In this document: piece after piece, positions 26,469 through 40,800 of the stretch | How the letters are laid out: each line of letters opens with the position of its first letter | Numbering within the stretch: position 1 is the stretch's first letter | Source: Ruditapes philippinarum | Lineage: Eukaryota | NCBI RefSeq assembly: GCF_026571515.1 | Contig: NW_026865359.1 | Span: forward strand, 1-64,000 | DNA length: 64,000 nucleotides | Direction: 5' to 3' | Translations under genes and position numbers: made by a program | The notes under the pieces: model-generated | Told to the model about the DNA's origin: nothing | The model's input: the letters and a program-made list of their open reading frames with translations, nothing else | Database searches by the model: none

Positions 26469-28835
26469 TTGAGCTCACCTGTCACAAAGAGACAAGGTGA
26501 TCTTTTGTCATCGCTTTTCGTCCGGCATCTGTCCGTCCGTCGTCCATTAAATTTTACTTTAAACGACAACTCCTCATAAACCACTGAGCAAATTTCATTC
26601 AAATTTCACAAGAATGTTCCTCTGGTGGTCAACTTTGAAAATTGTTCAAAAAATTTAATTCCATATAGAATTCTGGTTGCCATGGCAACTGAAAGGAAAG
26701 AACTTTAAAAAATCTTTTTAAAAAAAAACCCTTAAGAGCTAGAGCATAGATATTTTGCAGTAATCATCTTCTAGTGAGTGTCTTCTAAGTTTGTTTAAAT
26801 AAAAGCACTGAGGTCAAAATTAGTCCCGCACATTGGGAGGTCATGGGTTTTCCCATATGTCAATTGTAAAACTTAAAAAATCTTCCTTAAAAAACTCAAA
26901 GAGATAGAGCTTAGATATTTGGCATGAAACATCTTCTTTGCGTGTCTAAGTTTGTTCAAATAAAAGCCCTGGTGTCAAAATTGGTCCTGCCCCGGGGGTC
27001 ATTGAATGTCCATATATGTCTAATGTAAAAACTTTTGAAAAATATTCTTTTAAAAAACCCCAAAGAGCTAGAGCTAAGATATTAAGCATGAAACATTTTC
27101 TTAATGAGTGTCTACCAATGTTGTTCAAATAAAAGCTCTTGGGTCAAAAATTGGCCCGACCCAGGGGAGGCGATTGTTTTTCCTTATATGTATATAGACC
27201 TTTTTACGACGCGGTCGGATGCTATAAAAATTGACTGGAAGTGGTAGTTTTTCGCGCATGCGCAATTTGCGTAGGGCAAAAGAGCCTTGCCCTACATAGA
27301 AATGTAGTATAAATTCATAGACAATTCGGAGTTAGTTTAAGGTAAAAATTAGAAAATCATATAAAATAGCTTTTAACAGAACACAAAAAATGTCTTCATA
27401 GCTTTATGGACAATATGGCTAAAAGGGTACGGAAAGACGATTTTTTTTAAGAATTCCCCCTTATGATCACGACCCTGACATTGAAATTATTGTTGTAAAA
27501 AATGTTGAAATATATATATTAGCACATAAGCAAATAAGGAAGTCAATTTAATTGTTGTTGAAATCGTCAACATATAAAAACTATTTTATTATAACATATA
27601 ATATATAACATTTAAAAAATCGAGGTTAATTATCAATCTGAAAAAAAGTCAGTACACGTGTTTATAATGGGTTTTAGTTTTCAATTTAGCTAATTTAATC
27701 CTTTATCCGACTTGACTGAGATTCCAAACAAAAAATTTTAAGTCACATATATATTCAAATAATTTTTAAACTCTTGAGAAGTTAAGATGAGTGGTGGAAT
27801 AACACACATTTTGTCCGGTTCCTTGTAACACATGGAAGATGCACGTCACGGACACTATTTGTCACATCACAAAATCAATAAAAATTGATGAGATGGTATA
27901 AATGAAAGTTACTTAAATTACGATTAATCATTTTCATAGTTTTAAGAAATTAATATGTCATGTTACTAAAACGACCCGGTTGAATGATAAACTAGCTGGC
28001 AAATAACAAACCGGTCACGAGCCAACTTGTTTGACACTTACCGCCTTGCCAATCCACTTTCAAAGGAATATATTATATTTTATACATGGGTAATAATATG
28101 TGATCTTTAACACCCTGCTGTTTTAATTTAAATTACTGATGAAAAAGTCACCTAATGATACCTTGAATAGAGGACTTTTGGTCGTTGAATTACAAGTCCC
28201 GCTAATTTTGTGTATCTGTTATAACATATCAATTCACGTTTTAAGTACTTACCACCTCTATTCATTCCCAAAATTTCTTTTATCTGGGTGACATAACTTG
28301 AAATCACGCCTTTTAAAGCCTTAAAGTACACTAGAATGTATTATATCTTTATTGAGCTTTGGCCCTACGCAGAATGCGCATGCGCTAAAATGCAACATAC
28401 GTTGCTATAGAAAAATCGTACTGTAAAAAGTCTATAGTAAAAAAAAATATTTAAAAAAAAACCAGAGAGCTAGAGCTTAGATATTAAACATGGTACATTT
28501 TCTAGTGAGTGTCTAGATTTTCATGGAGAAAATCCTTTTAAAACACCCAAAGAGCCAGAGCTTAGACATTTGGCATGAAACATCTTCTAGTGGGTGTCTA
28601 CAAAGAATGTTCAAATAAAAGCCCTTCTTTCTAAAAGTTCTTTCCCTAAGTAATGGTAACCAGTAATCTTTTTACACATGCACTAATTCAGATACAAATA
28701 TGAACTTTGTGATATCAGTTTTAGATTTTATATTCTGCTTTTGTTTATAGATTACAATAATACTAATATATGTTCCTTGTCATGGAGAGTTTTATAAACA
28801 GGTGAGCGATTTTAAGGCCATCATGGCCCTTTTGT
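26469..28835 (+). mobile_element. Helentron/HINE-like non-autonomous element (bivalve pearl/DTC84-type layout) with internal tandem repeats, interrupted by a nested insertion
   Basis: 5' AGCTCACCTG, GTCC microsatellite, ~165-bp core repeats, 3' CAGGTGAGCG plus GGCCATCATGGCC hairpin, T-rich flanks. Confidence 0.8.
27195..28434. mobile_element. Nested DNA element with TAGAC...GTCTA ends, superfamily unassigned
   Basis: Ends TAGACCTTTTTAC / GTAAAAAGTCTA with TA on both sides; subterminal inverted GCGCATGCGCA..TGCGTAGGGC. Removing it restores the host repeat unit (tatatgtatatagtaaaa). A related partial copy lies at about 430-780. Confidence 0.7.
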
Positions 28836-29499
28836 TTTTTCTTCGAAACATTTCATATTAAAAACACATACTTGGGACTTGAATATTGATGTTAAAGTAG
28901 ATTACTATTGACATAAAGCTTTTAAATACTCTAGATGTCAAAACCTACTTACTTACAATTACATATCCTGGAACTCTTTTGTAAACTTTTGAATTGTTTG
29001 ATAACTAATCAGCTGTTATCCAATCCCAAAGCTGAAATCATTTTAGCTGTTGGTTTAAACGAAATATTTCAATTAATTTAATACAGTTTCAAACAGAAAA
29101 TGAGTATTATTATGCAATGTGTTGCCATAGAAATATGTGGCTAACAAAAGACAAGGAACCATTTATGAGGTTCAGATGAATTCTTACTTCAATAAACGTA
29201 TGTTCAAACTGTAAAATTTGGATAATCTGTTTATTTGATAATTCCAGGTGACTTTCTTCATTTATTATAAAAAATAATTTGTTAAAAGTAATGTAATTTT
29301 CATATCTACGTCTCACTAAACATGTAAATATGTAGTCTACATTAATTATGTACATGTTGTTTTTATAAATATCATACTATGTTTTGTTGTTTAACAATTG
29401 TATTTCCAATTTTCATCATCCAAATACTTTATAACTGTACTTGTATCATAGTTTGGAGACCTTTCTGTTGAAAATGTGTCAGGGTTAAATCGTATACAT

Positions 29500-29830
29500 A
29501 TACATGCACAGTGCGTTAACTGGATTGCGGGTATTAGTTACCCGCACTCCAGAGCATGCCCATTGATTGGCTCATTTTTGGTGGGGTTTACATATTGTGA
29601 CGGCAGAGAAAGTGAAAGCGACAGAAATGTCATATTCAGATGTTCGTTCATTGGTTCTTTTTTGCCGGGGTTTCATATTGTGACAACAGGGAACGTGCTT
29701 TTATGTTTGACTATGATACAAAAGAGAAAGAACATCAAAACACTCGGCAATCTGATTAATACTCGGGGGCTACGCCCCCTCGTACAAATCAGATAGCCTC
29801 GTGTTTCGGTGCTCTTTCTATTACTTATTG
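29500..29830 (+). repeat. Dispersed repeat with internal long hairpin; inverted partial copies at about 18925-19190 and 61190-61440
   Basis: aaacactcggcaatctgatt..cgggggctacgccccctcg..aatcagatagcctcgtgttt. The three copies give similar spurious ORFs (QKRKNIKTLGNL). Confidence 0.75.
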
Positions 29831-31599
29831 TTTATGCATGTATTCATTTTGTAAATACTTATTAATAAGTGATATTCATTTATTAATACTTAATATTCAT
29901 AAAAAGGCGTATGTACCTATTTTATGAAATAAATGATAATTATTATCAAGTGATAATACAGACTATTAAACTGAGTAACTGTTTAAAGATGTAAATTAGA
30001 TTTACATTTTAAAAAGCTGTTTGACATTGTTTTTGTGAAGTAAATGTTTGTACATATTAATTCATTTTTGACGTTATCTCACACAGAAAGCGAGTAATAA
30101 ACTTTGTATCTTAATGTAAATAGATTTAAGCTAATATTCCCAATTAAATGAAAAATGTATAACTTTATAAGTTTGTTTAATAATAATAGATGACTTTATA
30201 CTTCAATAAACTTATGTTCAAACTATAAAATAATGCTTATTTTATAATCCAGAATAAAACCAGTTTATTTTCAGTAATACTATTCAAGTTCACGGGTTAG
30301 GGTACAATTTTCGAGAGACGTTTTTTTAATCACTCTAAGTATATTGATGTTATGACAATGAATTTCTCTACAACCTGTATTGAATTTATCTTAGTGTGTG
30401 TATTGTAAGCATCATGTTTTGAAATATATTTCACTTTTTTAGTATAGCATACAGATATACATGGCACATAGTCTCTGTGTTTATGTTATCACAAGCTCAT
30501 GAATGGGTAGTTTTACAGAGTGAACATATAAGCGGGTTATTCATAAATTAACCAAAGAAGTTTTGTGTATTACAATTGTATTGCAGAGCGTTACACATGT
30601 TATCTTAACATTTGATAAAACACAGAGCACAGATTATCGTAAAATACCCATTAAACGAGTATAAATGATAAATGATAAATTGTAACATATACATAAAATG
30701 TTTATATTAACGTAAGATTATCCAACAATAGATTAAAAATTTAATAGCGGTTTTGTAACAGAATATGTAAAACGAGCATATTATTTCGATTTAAAATCAT
30801 TTATATTTTTAACTATATTTTGGATATGCATGTCATCAATATTTATAAATTGACATTCAAATAAAAATCTAAACAAGCAAAAATCTTGCCTTTACTTTTG
30901 TTTTCTATTATGATTTAGAAAGTACCTGCATTTAAATAAGACTTCAACCACAGCACGTTATAACTCTAGTCAAACACAGAAAACATGATAAGAAATAATC
31001 AAGAATACCCCTTGAATTTTATTAAGCGAGGTCTTTTTTTCAATTTAGCAGTATTTCAGCCTAACAAAATTGTTATGCAAAATCAACTCATCAAACACTT
31101 TAATACTCTGGACCAATACTTTACAGCTTTACATTTCACATCATCGTTGGATGCATAAATAAAGTGTATCTTCTTTCTATTTGTTACAGTTCTGTAAAAC
31201 TTATGATTTTTAATCTTGGTCTCTTATAGTTTCCGGTTTACTGTTTATATAAAATTTTTATAAAACTTAACTTTAGCATATTCATCCAACTATACATTGT
31301 TATATACACCATTGGCGTTGTATCTTCAAATTTAAATGTACTATTTGGAAATGTATCACAAGTTTGTGCTATAAATATACTAAAATGTCATTAATATAAG
31401 GTCTTAACAAAATAAAAAGGTCGTGATTTAAATCTAAAGTTTAAAAAAATTAAAAATCATATTCATATTCAAATACATCGCACTTACATTTCTATGAAGA
31501 AATAAATTAATGTAATATGCATAGAGTGATAAAACATCTGATCTACATGACCTTAAAATTAACATTTTATAACTTCTTATTAATACATATTTAGGCCAG

Positions 31600-33930
31600 T
31601 AGTAGAACAAGTACTCTGGACCGCGTAAGATTTATTCCATTTCAGATTTGACTACTTTGTTATCAGACTTATGAGAACCCTTATTTGCTTTGTCAGGTTC
31701 GGCTACATTTGGCACACTCTTTATCACAGACAGAATCTTCCACACGTTTGCAAGCATTACGAAAATCTTCGACATTCAGACTATCATAAACAGTGTGTTC
31801 AACACTAGGAATTTTGTTTCCTAAAGTGCCCAAATTTGTATTTATTTCATCGTCAATGATATCCTTAACTTCATTTTGTTGTTCTTGGGACACTTCATTA
31901 CTTGTTACTGTGTCAATAAAATGTTTAGTTACATGGTCACTAGATAACCTTTCTTCCTTAGAAACACTCGTTTCAAAGCTTTCACTAGTTAAATTCTTCT
32001 GTTGGAACAACTCAGAATCGTTAAATTGTTTTTCCGATAAAGTTTCAATGTCTGCAACACATTCTTTACTTTTATTTAATAATGTTTCCCTGGACATTTT
32101 AGTACTGTTTGAAAGACTGTCATCATATTGTTTTGAAACAGTACTACTTACAGTCTCGTCCTTACCTGAAACATTACCAGTAGGTTATTTTGCAACAGGA
32201 TCAAGATTTTGTTCAAATTGTTTTATTGCAGTGGTACTTGAAATTATTTCATGATCACAGTCAACGTCATTGCACTGTTGTACCATTGTAACAGTATCAC
32301 AAGACACACTTATTTTATTTGTAACATCAGAATCACTTTGTATCTCTAGATTATTACAAGATGTACTTTCTCTTTTGTTTTCCCTGATGCAATGTGTTTC
32401 CACATTTAAGTTCAAATTTCTTTTAAATTCATCAACATTTTTATCAAGTGTTGTTCTAACTGTTTTATTTCTTCATTTACTTTCTTGCACTCCCTATTCA
32501 ACCTTTCATATTCAGCTTCTAGGAACCCTCTATCCCCCTCTGATGATATCTGTCGTTTTCTGTCTCTGCTACTTATTCTGAAAGTAATATGTAAGGTATA
32601 GTCACTTGAGAGAGAGAGCCAAGACTTTGACGTTAAATTCGCATTGGTTTTAACGATTCAAAACAGTAAGATATATACATTTAAATGTTTGCAATTTTAA
32701 TGCAAATGAGTCATCGTTATTCAAAAATTTATATGAAGAATTGAGCAAATTTTACATAATAAACCTGTTAGTAATGTGAATTAACTTTACATGTGCTTTA
32801 TTTACAAAAGCATCCTTATTAAATGGCTTGTAGAATTTTATAGATATATTTTAATTATAAATGAAATCATTTCAAAGCATTTAGGCTTGTGCTATGTAAG
32901 TAACCCGCTTGCATTTGACTTAAAGCATGTCATTTCTTTATTCAGTTACACTACTGAAACACGACTGCAAAGTATGTAAACGTTCAAGTATCCATGTGCA
33001 TTAGGACTTAACCTTTCTACAAACGAACATATGGGATTATTTCTTCACCAAAAAGGAATAATTCTAATTAATGAAAATAGTTCAGTCAGACTTCCCATTT
33101 CCCCTTTAATTTAAAGTTTCATAACCCATTATTTTAATCGTTGTGTAAGTGAATTGGACTAACCTGTCTTTCTTAAGCTGCTTAAGTCTTGTTCTCAGCA
33201 CTAAAGTTTCTGTGACATCTTTTTTAACCCGACACGCTTGAAGGATGTCTCTTCACTGACGGCATTTTTCCATTCCAACTGAACATTTTTTGTCATTAAT
33301 TACTAAATTTGACTCTACATTGTTAACCCATTTTGAATAACTTGTTACTTGTTCATTTTCATTTTCACTAGTACTTGACTATAGAAAATTAGATTTTTCC
33401 CCGTAGTCGTTACATGTTCGGATTTAATTGGACTTATGTCATTCTCTATGGAAATGATTTCCAATGATTTATGTTAAGATATAGTAAACGACTCTGGATT
33501 ATTATGAGTTAGTTCAGGAATTCTGTGCTTCATGGTACTTTACCAGTATCGTGTTGAAGTTTCTATTCCGACACTATATCATCTTCTAAACTGCCCCCTT
33601 TAATAAGCAGAACTTCCAAATGTATCAATTTCAAAGTCAAAGAATAAATAATCATTATCACTATTTCTATTTTTATCATCCCCTTTTCAAAAGCTTTCAT
33701 TAGACTTGCTGCAACTGCCATTACTCACGTTTTCTGTTGTTGGTGAGTGATAATGAAGATCCAGTGACACTGGGTCTTTTCATCTGAGTGTAATTAGCAC
33801 CAGTCACGCACACAAACTCTAGGGAGACTAGACTTATATCTAATAGTCTGATTTCAGTTGATTCTTTGAAACATTTTTAAATGGCATGGTTATCACGGAT
33901 GCTTGATTTTGTCTGCTTTTCAGATACATA
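31600..33930 (-). pseudogene. Decayed, at least two-exon gene for a low-complexity S/N/E/K/D-rich protein with a short coiled coil; family unknown
   Basis: Minus-strand donor AG|GTTAGT (exon ends 33164) and acceptor tttcag (exon starts 32577) are phase-2 compatible. ORFs 32185-32415 and 31693-32097 share a frame separated by one stop. Frameshifts near 32455 and 31700, and several in-frame stops in 33164-33930. Confidence 0.6.
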
Positions 33931-35229
33931 TGCGTATGATTGTCATATTAGTCTATCAAACAGGTACATATATGTATATAATGAAAGTACATATATAGCA
34001 TGCGCTATTCAAAGTTAAGTTCTTCTGATCACTATTCATTATAACTTGTATCGGTCGAAATGAACATTCACACTGTATAACTATTCAATTCTTGTTATAA
34101 TACATTTACATGGAATTGAATGCAAAGTTAGATAAAAATTGATGTAAAACTTTAAAATCAGCACAATCTGTTACATAAGAGGCATACACAATCTGACGAG
34201 CACTTGCACTTATTTCAAGTCCATTTAAGATATATATCTTGCTTAGGGTTATAGATTTAATACATAACACATAGTAGATTCCCCTATCCCGTTATTACGT
34301 GAACTTTTCAAAATTATTATAGTGTAATTGGGATCCATCTTTGACTAAAACATACACAACATTGCCTTAGTCTGTTTTATATTTTTCTTTGCTGGCTTCT
34401 CAGGACTGAGAATTTCGAAAATAAAATAAATGTTTGCTTTCTCATTCATTAAAATTATGAATTAAAAAAATGTTTGTTCTCCGAAGAACAAAAAAATCAC
34501 TTTTGTGCGGTATTATTTCCATTTACTTGATCAAGATTTTGCTTGCAAATCATCTGAGCTAACAAGAATGTAAATTGAGAATGATCATTTCACATATAAC
34601 TTTGCAATATATATGATATCTATTGTAATATGTTTAAACATTATCAAGATCATTTTCTCTATTTTAACAAACCAAGGGACATAATTCAATTACTTCTAAA
34701 CAACATTATTTATTTGTATTCTCCCTTAAACTGATAAAATAATTTGCATTTACACAACAAATGGCTTGTCATGAAAGAATTTTTCTATCTTGGTGCTAGG
34801 AGCTTTAACCTGTATACAGACATTTGTGTTCGGTAGTACAACGTATACATTGTAAGTCGACATTGTAAAGGTCAGATCGGGACTCTAGAACATTATAAGG
34901 AATTATAAAGCAATGATAAAAGCTCAAACGGGCAAGTAAGAAAAAGATTTATTCTTCTGTAAGGTAGATGTATAGTTTCTGCACGGAAATAAATCCAGAG
35001 TGCCGACTGTTATTATGAACATGTCCTTGACATAAACAACTCAACAATGGACCAAACGCTGAAATGATATACGATGATATGTACTTAATTTTTCGTTGGA
35101 TATGTTTTATTTGTTTCTTCTTTATTTACTAACTGAAAAACATAAATGTTAAAAAAATGGGTTCGGTTCAGTGTTTTAAGAAAGTCTTTTAAAAATTAAT
35201 CGAGATATACTTGTTTTCATAAAAATGTA

Positions 35230-37800
35230 ACCAGGGAAAAAAATATAAAAAACTACGGGAATCCGTGGGAAAGTATATGCTATAACTTGGGATGTGGAAA
35301 AACCCATGTTACTATAATAAGACCCTTATCACAGCGACTTCCAAATATTCATGATAACCTACTTTATACTCTTCAAACAGAAAGGAGATATCGGATACCT
35401 AGCCAGAAAGGTAAGTTTATGATTATTTTTATCTATTTCAGGTGTAGTTAGTTAACGGCAATATTTCAAAATAAGATAATTATAATTGTTTTTACACATT
35501 TGAAAACCAAAAAGCGATCACATATTTATAGCAGCTGAAAACATTGTTGATAGAAGCATATGGGGCATATATACAAAAATATTACAAAAATCTAGAATAC
35601 AATTTCATAGATTAAGCAGCAGGTAAATGAAAAAATAAATTGTACACAAAAATGTGTTCAACAAGTGGCAAATTTTCTCTATCAATGAATAAATGATGGA
35701 TGGTTATAGCAAGACTAAAAGATGGACAATCCACATAAAATAACATTATATAGCTTGATAAGAAATAAGTAAAAAACATTACAGATTCCCGTAATTGTAA
35801 TGTAAGGGATCTTTGTCTTAATCAGAGTCAAAATAGACTGAACCACTTTTATATTTAAGACAAAAAACCGCTCGCTCGCACAAAATATTTCCTTTAAGCT
35901 GCATTAAATAAATATGTGACAATAGTTTGCCTTCGGCCTAAAAACCAAGCTTTCTACAGTTTCATTAAATTTTAAAACAGTATTGTTGTAAATCTCATCA
36001 AATATTGTTTACATATGACGATTTAAAACGGAAATCCCCACTGTAATACTCAAGTTCGTATATGAATTTTAAGAGGCAATGGGGACTTTAATCAGCTCGT
36101 GTATGCGCTACGTCACAGTGTTAAATTTGCTATCCAGAAATCAACAAATATGAACTTTTCTTGTGCAACCAAACACACCTTAACCTTTTTTGCTCACGGT
36201 GCATTAGGCCTGGCGTTCAGATAAGGGTAATCATCTGATAAAAAAGATCCTTTACAATGCGGAAATATACCGTAAGATTAGATCTGTCACTTATAACCAT
36301 GTTTGTTGATTTAATATTGATGTTGTTGATTTAATACATGTATTGATGTACGGATTGTCCGAGGAGGAATTTCTCCTGCAAACAGAAATTAAACATCCGA
36401 TTTCGGAAGCAGCGAAGCAGCCGAGCCTTTAATGACTTTGAAAAAGTCGTATTAAATGTGGAATAACACGATTAATTTCGTGAGTATCTAAAATTATTGT
36501 AAAGAGTGAATAAAACATTTACATACATATGCTAAACATTTCGGTACCCATTTTCATTTTTTAATTAAGTGCAAATACATTGGTTATTTACATTTTGTCC
36601 ATTCGATGAATAATATTTTCTTGTCTGCGTAAACGAAAAATGGAATGCTCATCTAGTAGATTTTATGAAATGAGGTAGCTTTGTTAGACTTCATAATATG
36701 GATCCAGATTAAAATGCACAGACAATGATGATGTAACGACTTCAGCTTAAAATAAGTTGTCCATCTATTTTAATATATACCGTTTTGCATTGGACAAAAC
36801 TGAATCAGCGTAGGGACAGTATATGGTTAAAGTATATTCCAGATCGTTGTACTTTCAATTGCTTTACCTACATTTCCATCGCTATTGACCGAACAGGCGT
36901 ATTTTCGAATTAACACTCGCGTTAAGAAAAGATACACAGCAAAAAAAGAACGACGAAACCACTAAATATCATTGCGACGTTACTGAATTTAGCTACTATG
37001 TGTGAAAACGCTTCCCTTTTAACACTGTTCTCAAATATATCACTGCGTCATATGTGTTGACTTTAGACAAGCGATTTTATGCGTTTGGTTACACGAAATA
37101 CTTAATTAATTAAATCGAATTTATTGTTAAGAGGAAAGGGACAACTAAACACTGTGCTTATTGTTTTTCAGAAGTGACAAGAGATACCCTAACAGGCCAG
37201 TTATTTAAGAAAATTTTTACCATGATTAAGCGGCCTAGTGTATTTATTGGTATATCATGGTTTGCTACATTTATGACAAATTATTTCATATTCATCACAA
37301 CTTTTTTTCTGGTAACATTTTACTAATTCCTTTCCATTTAACTTTAAATGTTAGAAGGGAAAGTATATAAAAATAACTCCGGGAAACCGTAGAAAAAAGA
37401 CAATAGTTTGTTGTAAATTGGGATTTGGTAAAACCCGTATGTTACTATAATAAGACCCTTATCATAGCGATTTCAAAATATTCATGATAACCTACTTTAT
37501 ACATTTTAAACAGAAAGGGGAATGTCGGATAAGTGACAGGAGAATTATCTTTATGATCAATGTATCTATTTTCGGTGCAAAATAAGGTAATAACAATGTT
37601 TCAAAACACGGTGATTAAAATTGTATTTACATATATGCAACAAAAAGTTATCTAATATTTAAAAACAGTAATATCATAGTTGATAGAAGCACCTATATCA
37701 AACATATATATTGATTATTTCATATGTTGCATTACGTTAGAATACAATTATATTGTTTAAACGTATTGTTGAAAAAAAAATTACAAAACAAAATGTGTTT
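35230..37800 (+). repeat. Local direct duplication: about 35230-35660 repeated at about 37360-37800
   Basis: tgttactataataagacccttatca..aaatattcatgataacctactttatac..aaacagaaagg appears in both. Confidence 0.8.
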
Positions 37801-40800
37801 AATAAATAACATCTGGAAAACTTTGAAAAATTAGTGATTTCGTTTTATTGTCAACAAGTACATGTATATCTGTCCATTATTAGATGAGTGTTAGAGTTGT
37901 TCACATTACATTGGCTTTCATATACTATAGATTAGTCATACTTGGCAAATGTAAACTGTTCGTATACTTCATTTAAACTTTACATGATTTTAGAGCGTAT
38001 TACCTAAAATATGTAAAATGAATGAATGAGGGGGTCGCAGATCACTTTTATAGGTATCTTCCTTAAAGTATGATTTTTATTTATGCGAATTTAAAGGTCA
38101 TATATTTGACAATCAAGGTAAGCAAGAGTTAAATTGTTTTGTTGTTTAGAACTGGTGAAAAGCTTTCTTATATTTCTTAAACACACAAAGCCTTTTCTAA
38201 TGAGTTTCATAAAATAAGTGATGAAAAACAAAACTCAAATATGAAGCAAAAAGAAATTCTAAGACAAAATACAGTTTCAAGATATAACAAGATATCTGCT
38301 TTTGAAAAGTAGCAAGACAAAAATATCCGGGCCGAATAGCTGAAAAATTTAGACGGAGATAAATTTTTTTTATCTCATTCTAAAACATTGCATAGTTTAA
38401 ATAGCCAGTATGAAGTTTTCTTTTTTATATAGAAACAAACCAGTAGCGAACTTTGTAAAAGAATCAAGGAATCTAGTTGCAAGGTTCCGTTATATTCGAT
38501 CTGTTTGTTACAAAAGTTTTATTCTAAATTAAGCATATTTAACAATTTCATTGAAGACATAAATGTTAACTTTAAGTCCTATAAACTGTCAGAGTTGCCA
38601 TTCAACTACTGACCAAGAACATCAGTATTAAAAATAACTCATGTATTAGGTAAATGAATGAAAGCAAAATATTAAATCTAAGTTATTACATTTGAAAATG
38701 TAACAATTTCTGATAAATAACACAAATGCACTTATTTGTGGAATTTTACAGTCTCAGAATGGTAAAAGTAATTAGTATTTTTAAATCTCTTGTTATTTTG
38801 GTTGTTGATATTCATAGACAAGCAGAACACTTTACACATTTGAATTATCTGTACAATTACTGTATCTTGCAATTATGTGATTTCATTATGCAATACAATG
38901 TTTTGACTTAAACTTTGCGTACATGTACATGACTGATGATGACTCTTACTATCGTCGGATAACCACGGCCGAGCCAGTTACATATATCAGCCGTTGGATG
39001 TTTGGTTGCTTTTCAGTCGATAAGAAGTATGTTAAAACAGCTTTTTCATTGGTTGTCTCATGGTTGGTTTCATTAGGCTATGAAAACCAATCAAAACGTT
39101 CTATACGCCGTTTATTATTACAGAAAAAAAATGTGGCAACCAGTTAGATTAAGTCATTATTTTTTTTTTAAATATGAAAGATTTGCAGCAAAGAAAACGT
39201 AGATAACTTACAGCTATTGTCCTCGTTTGATAATTTGGTCTTAACGGTGCATTAAAGGGTCAGTCTGCATATTTTCCTGTACCTGCAGTGTCAACAACAT
39301 TATAAATTTTACTTCTATTAAGAACATGGACCATCTTAGTGGTGTCGTTGGTAACGTCTCTGTAAAATGATTTTCACTCATAGGTTCGAGCCATATTATT
39401 ATGATGATTATATATTGTTTATTCCTTTTACTTACTTTGTCTGTCTTTTGTATAATTATTTAAATATGTTTTGTTTTTTCTAAATTTCTATTCTCTATTT
39501 TCTTTTTCTTTTTTATTTCATTTTGTTCAACTCCTTATAATGATAACAACTATATGTCAAGTGATACTCAAGTTATACTTTTTACATTTCTTATAACTTA
39601 AGGTTTTTTCCAGCTGATGTCTGTCGTTTTCCTCAATCTTAATATATGTGTACATCAACCCGTGTGTAAAAATAATCTTTTCTAAGAACTTGTTACTATT
39701 TGAAACTTAACCGTTCAAATCAAAAAGATACTTTTAAAAAGTCAAATACAAGTGTACCTAAGATTAGAGCATGTTAATGCATAAATACCGACGCTATGCG
39801 TATTACACTATCAAAGCACATAAAATATGATGTTTTACTTTGTGTTTTATTTATTATGATTCAGTCTATCCTACCTATTTTTCACATTGTTATTATTGTT
39901 TGTTATGTAAACAAAGGTTCAAGTTATCAAATTGGGGTAGTACTGATTGTATTTATCTCGTCGTTGAAGAATATAAATTATGTTATACGCGATTTCATTG
40001 GTCGATTTTTTACGCACCTGTTGCAGTTTATCGTCGTTATATTACATGTTAATCGACCGTGGGCATCCGATGATGGATTTTTACATTTGGAGGGAACTTT
40101 TTGAAATATACTATAAATCTTATTGTTTCATTTATTTGTTGTAAAGAAAAACGTTTTAAGTGTTAAAGTAATCAGGGAATACTTGTGAATTTTATGTGAT
40201 ATTTATTGATTTCAATTATTACACATAAATACCACAGCGACGTGTATAAATACTAGACAAAAATAGTTAAAGCACATACTATTAACTGTGAAAAAGAAAC
40301 TATTTGTATATACAAAATATTGATATCTTCAAAAGGGAAAAATGTTTAACTTCATTTTAAAGCGAAAGTCATTCTTAAATAATTGGCTTTGATGATAATG
40401 TTCAAATCCCTATTGAATTTCGAACATCTTTCTTTTGCGATCGGACATAAGCGGATTGAAGAGTCCACTAGTGATGAAAACAGGCAGTCTTTTGTAATCA
40501 TGCATGTATTATTGAAGTTGGTGTTCTTAATAAACGGGAATGAAACGGAGTTTAAAAATTCCTTAAAACCTGATATTAAAATGATACTTTTGTTTTCATT
40601 GCTTCGAGGATTCACACTTTTACATATTATTTTTATATTCACAACATCAGGTATTCAGTGCCGTGCACCAGCCGTAAAATGTTGCCCAGTGTTCAGTGTT
40701 GTTATTCAAAATTGCACCATTTTTTATGTTTAAATGTTGAATTCTCCTTTGGCCATTGCAAGGGCCGTGGGCGGTAACATGCATTTCCAGTACCGTCCAT

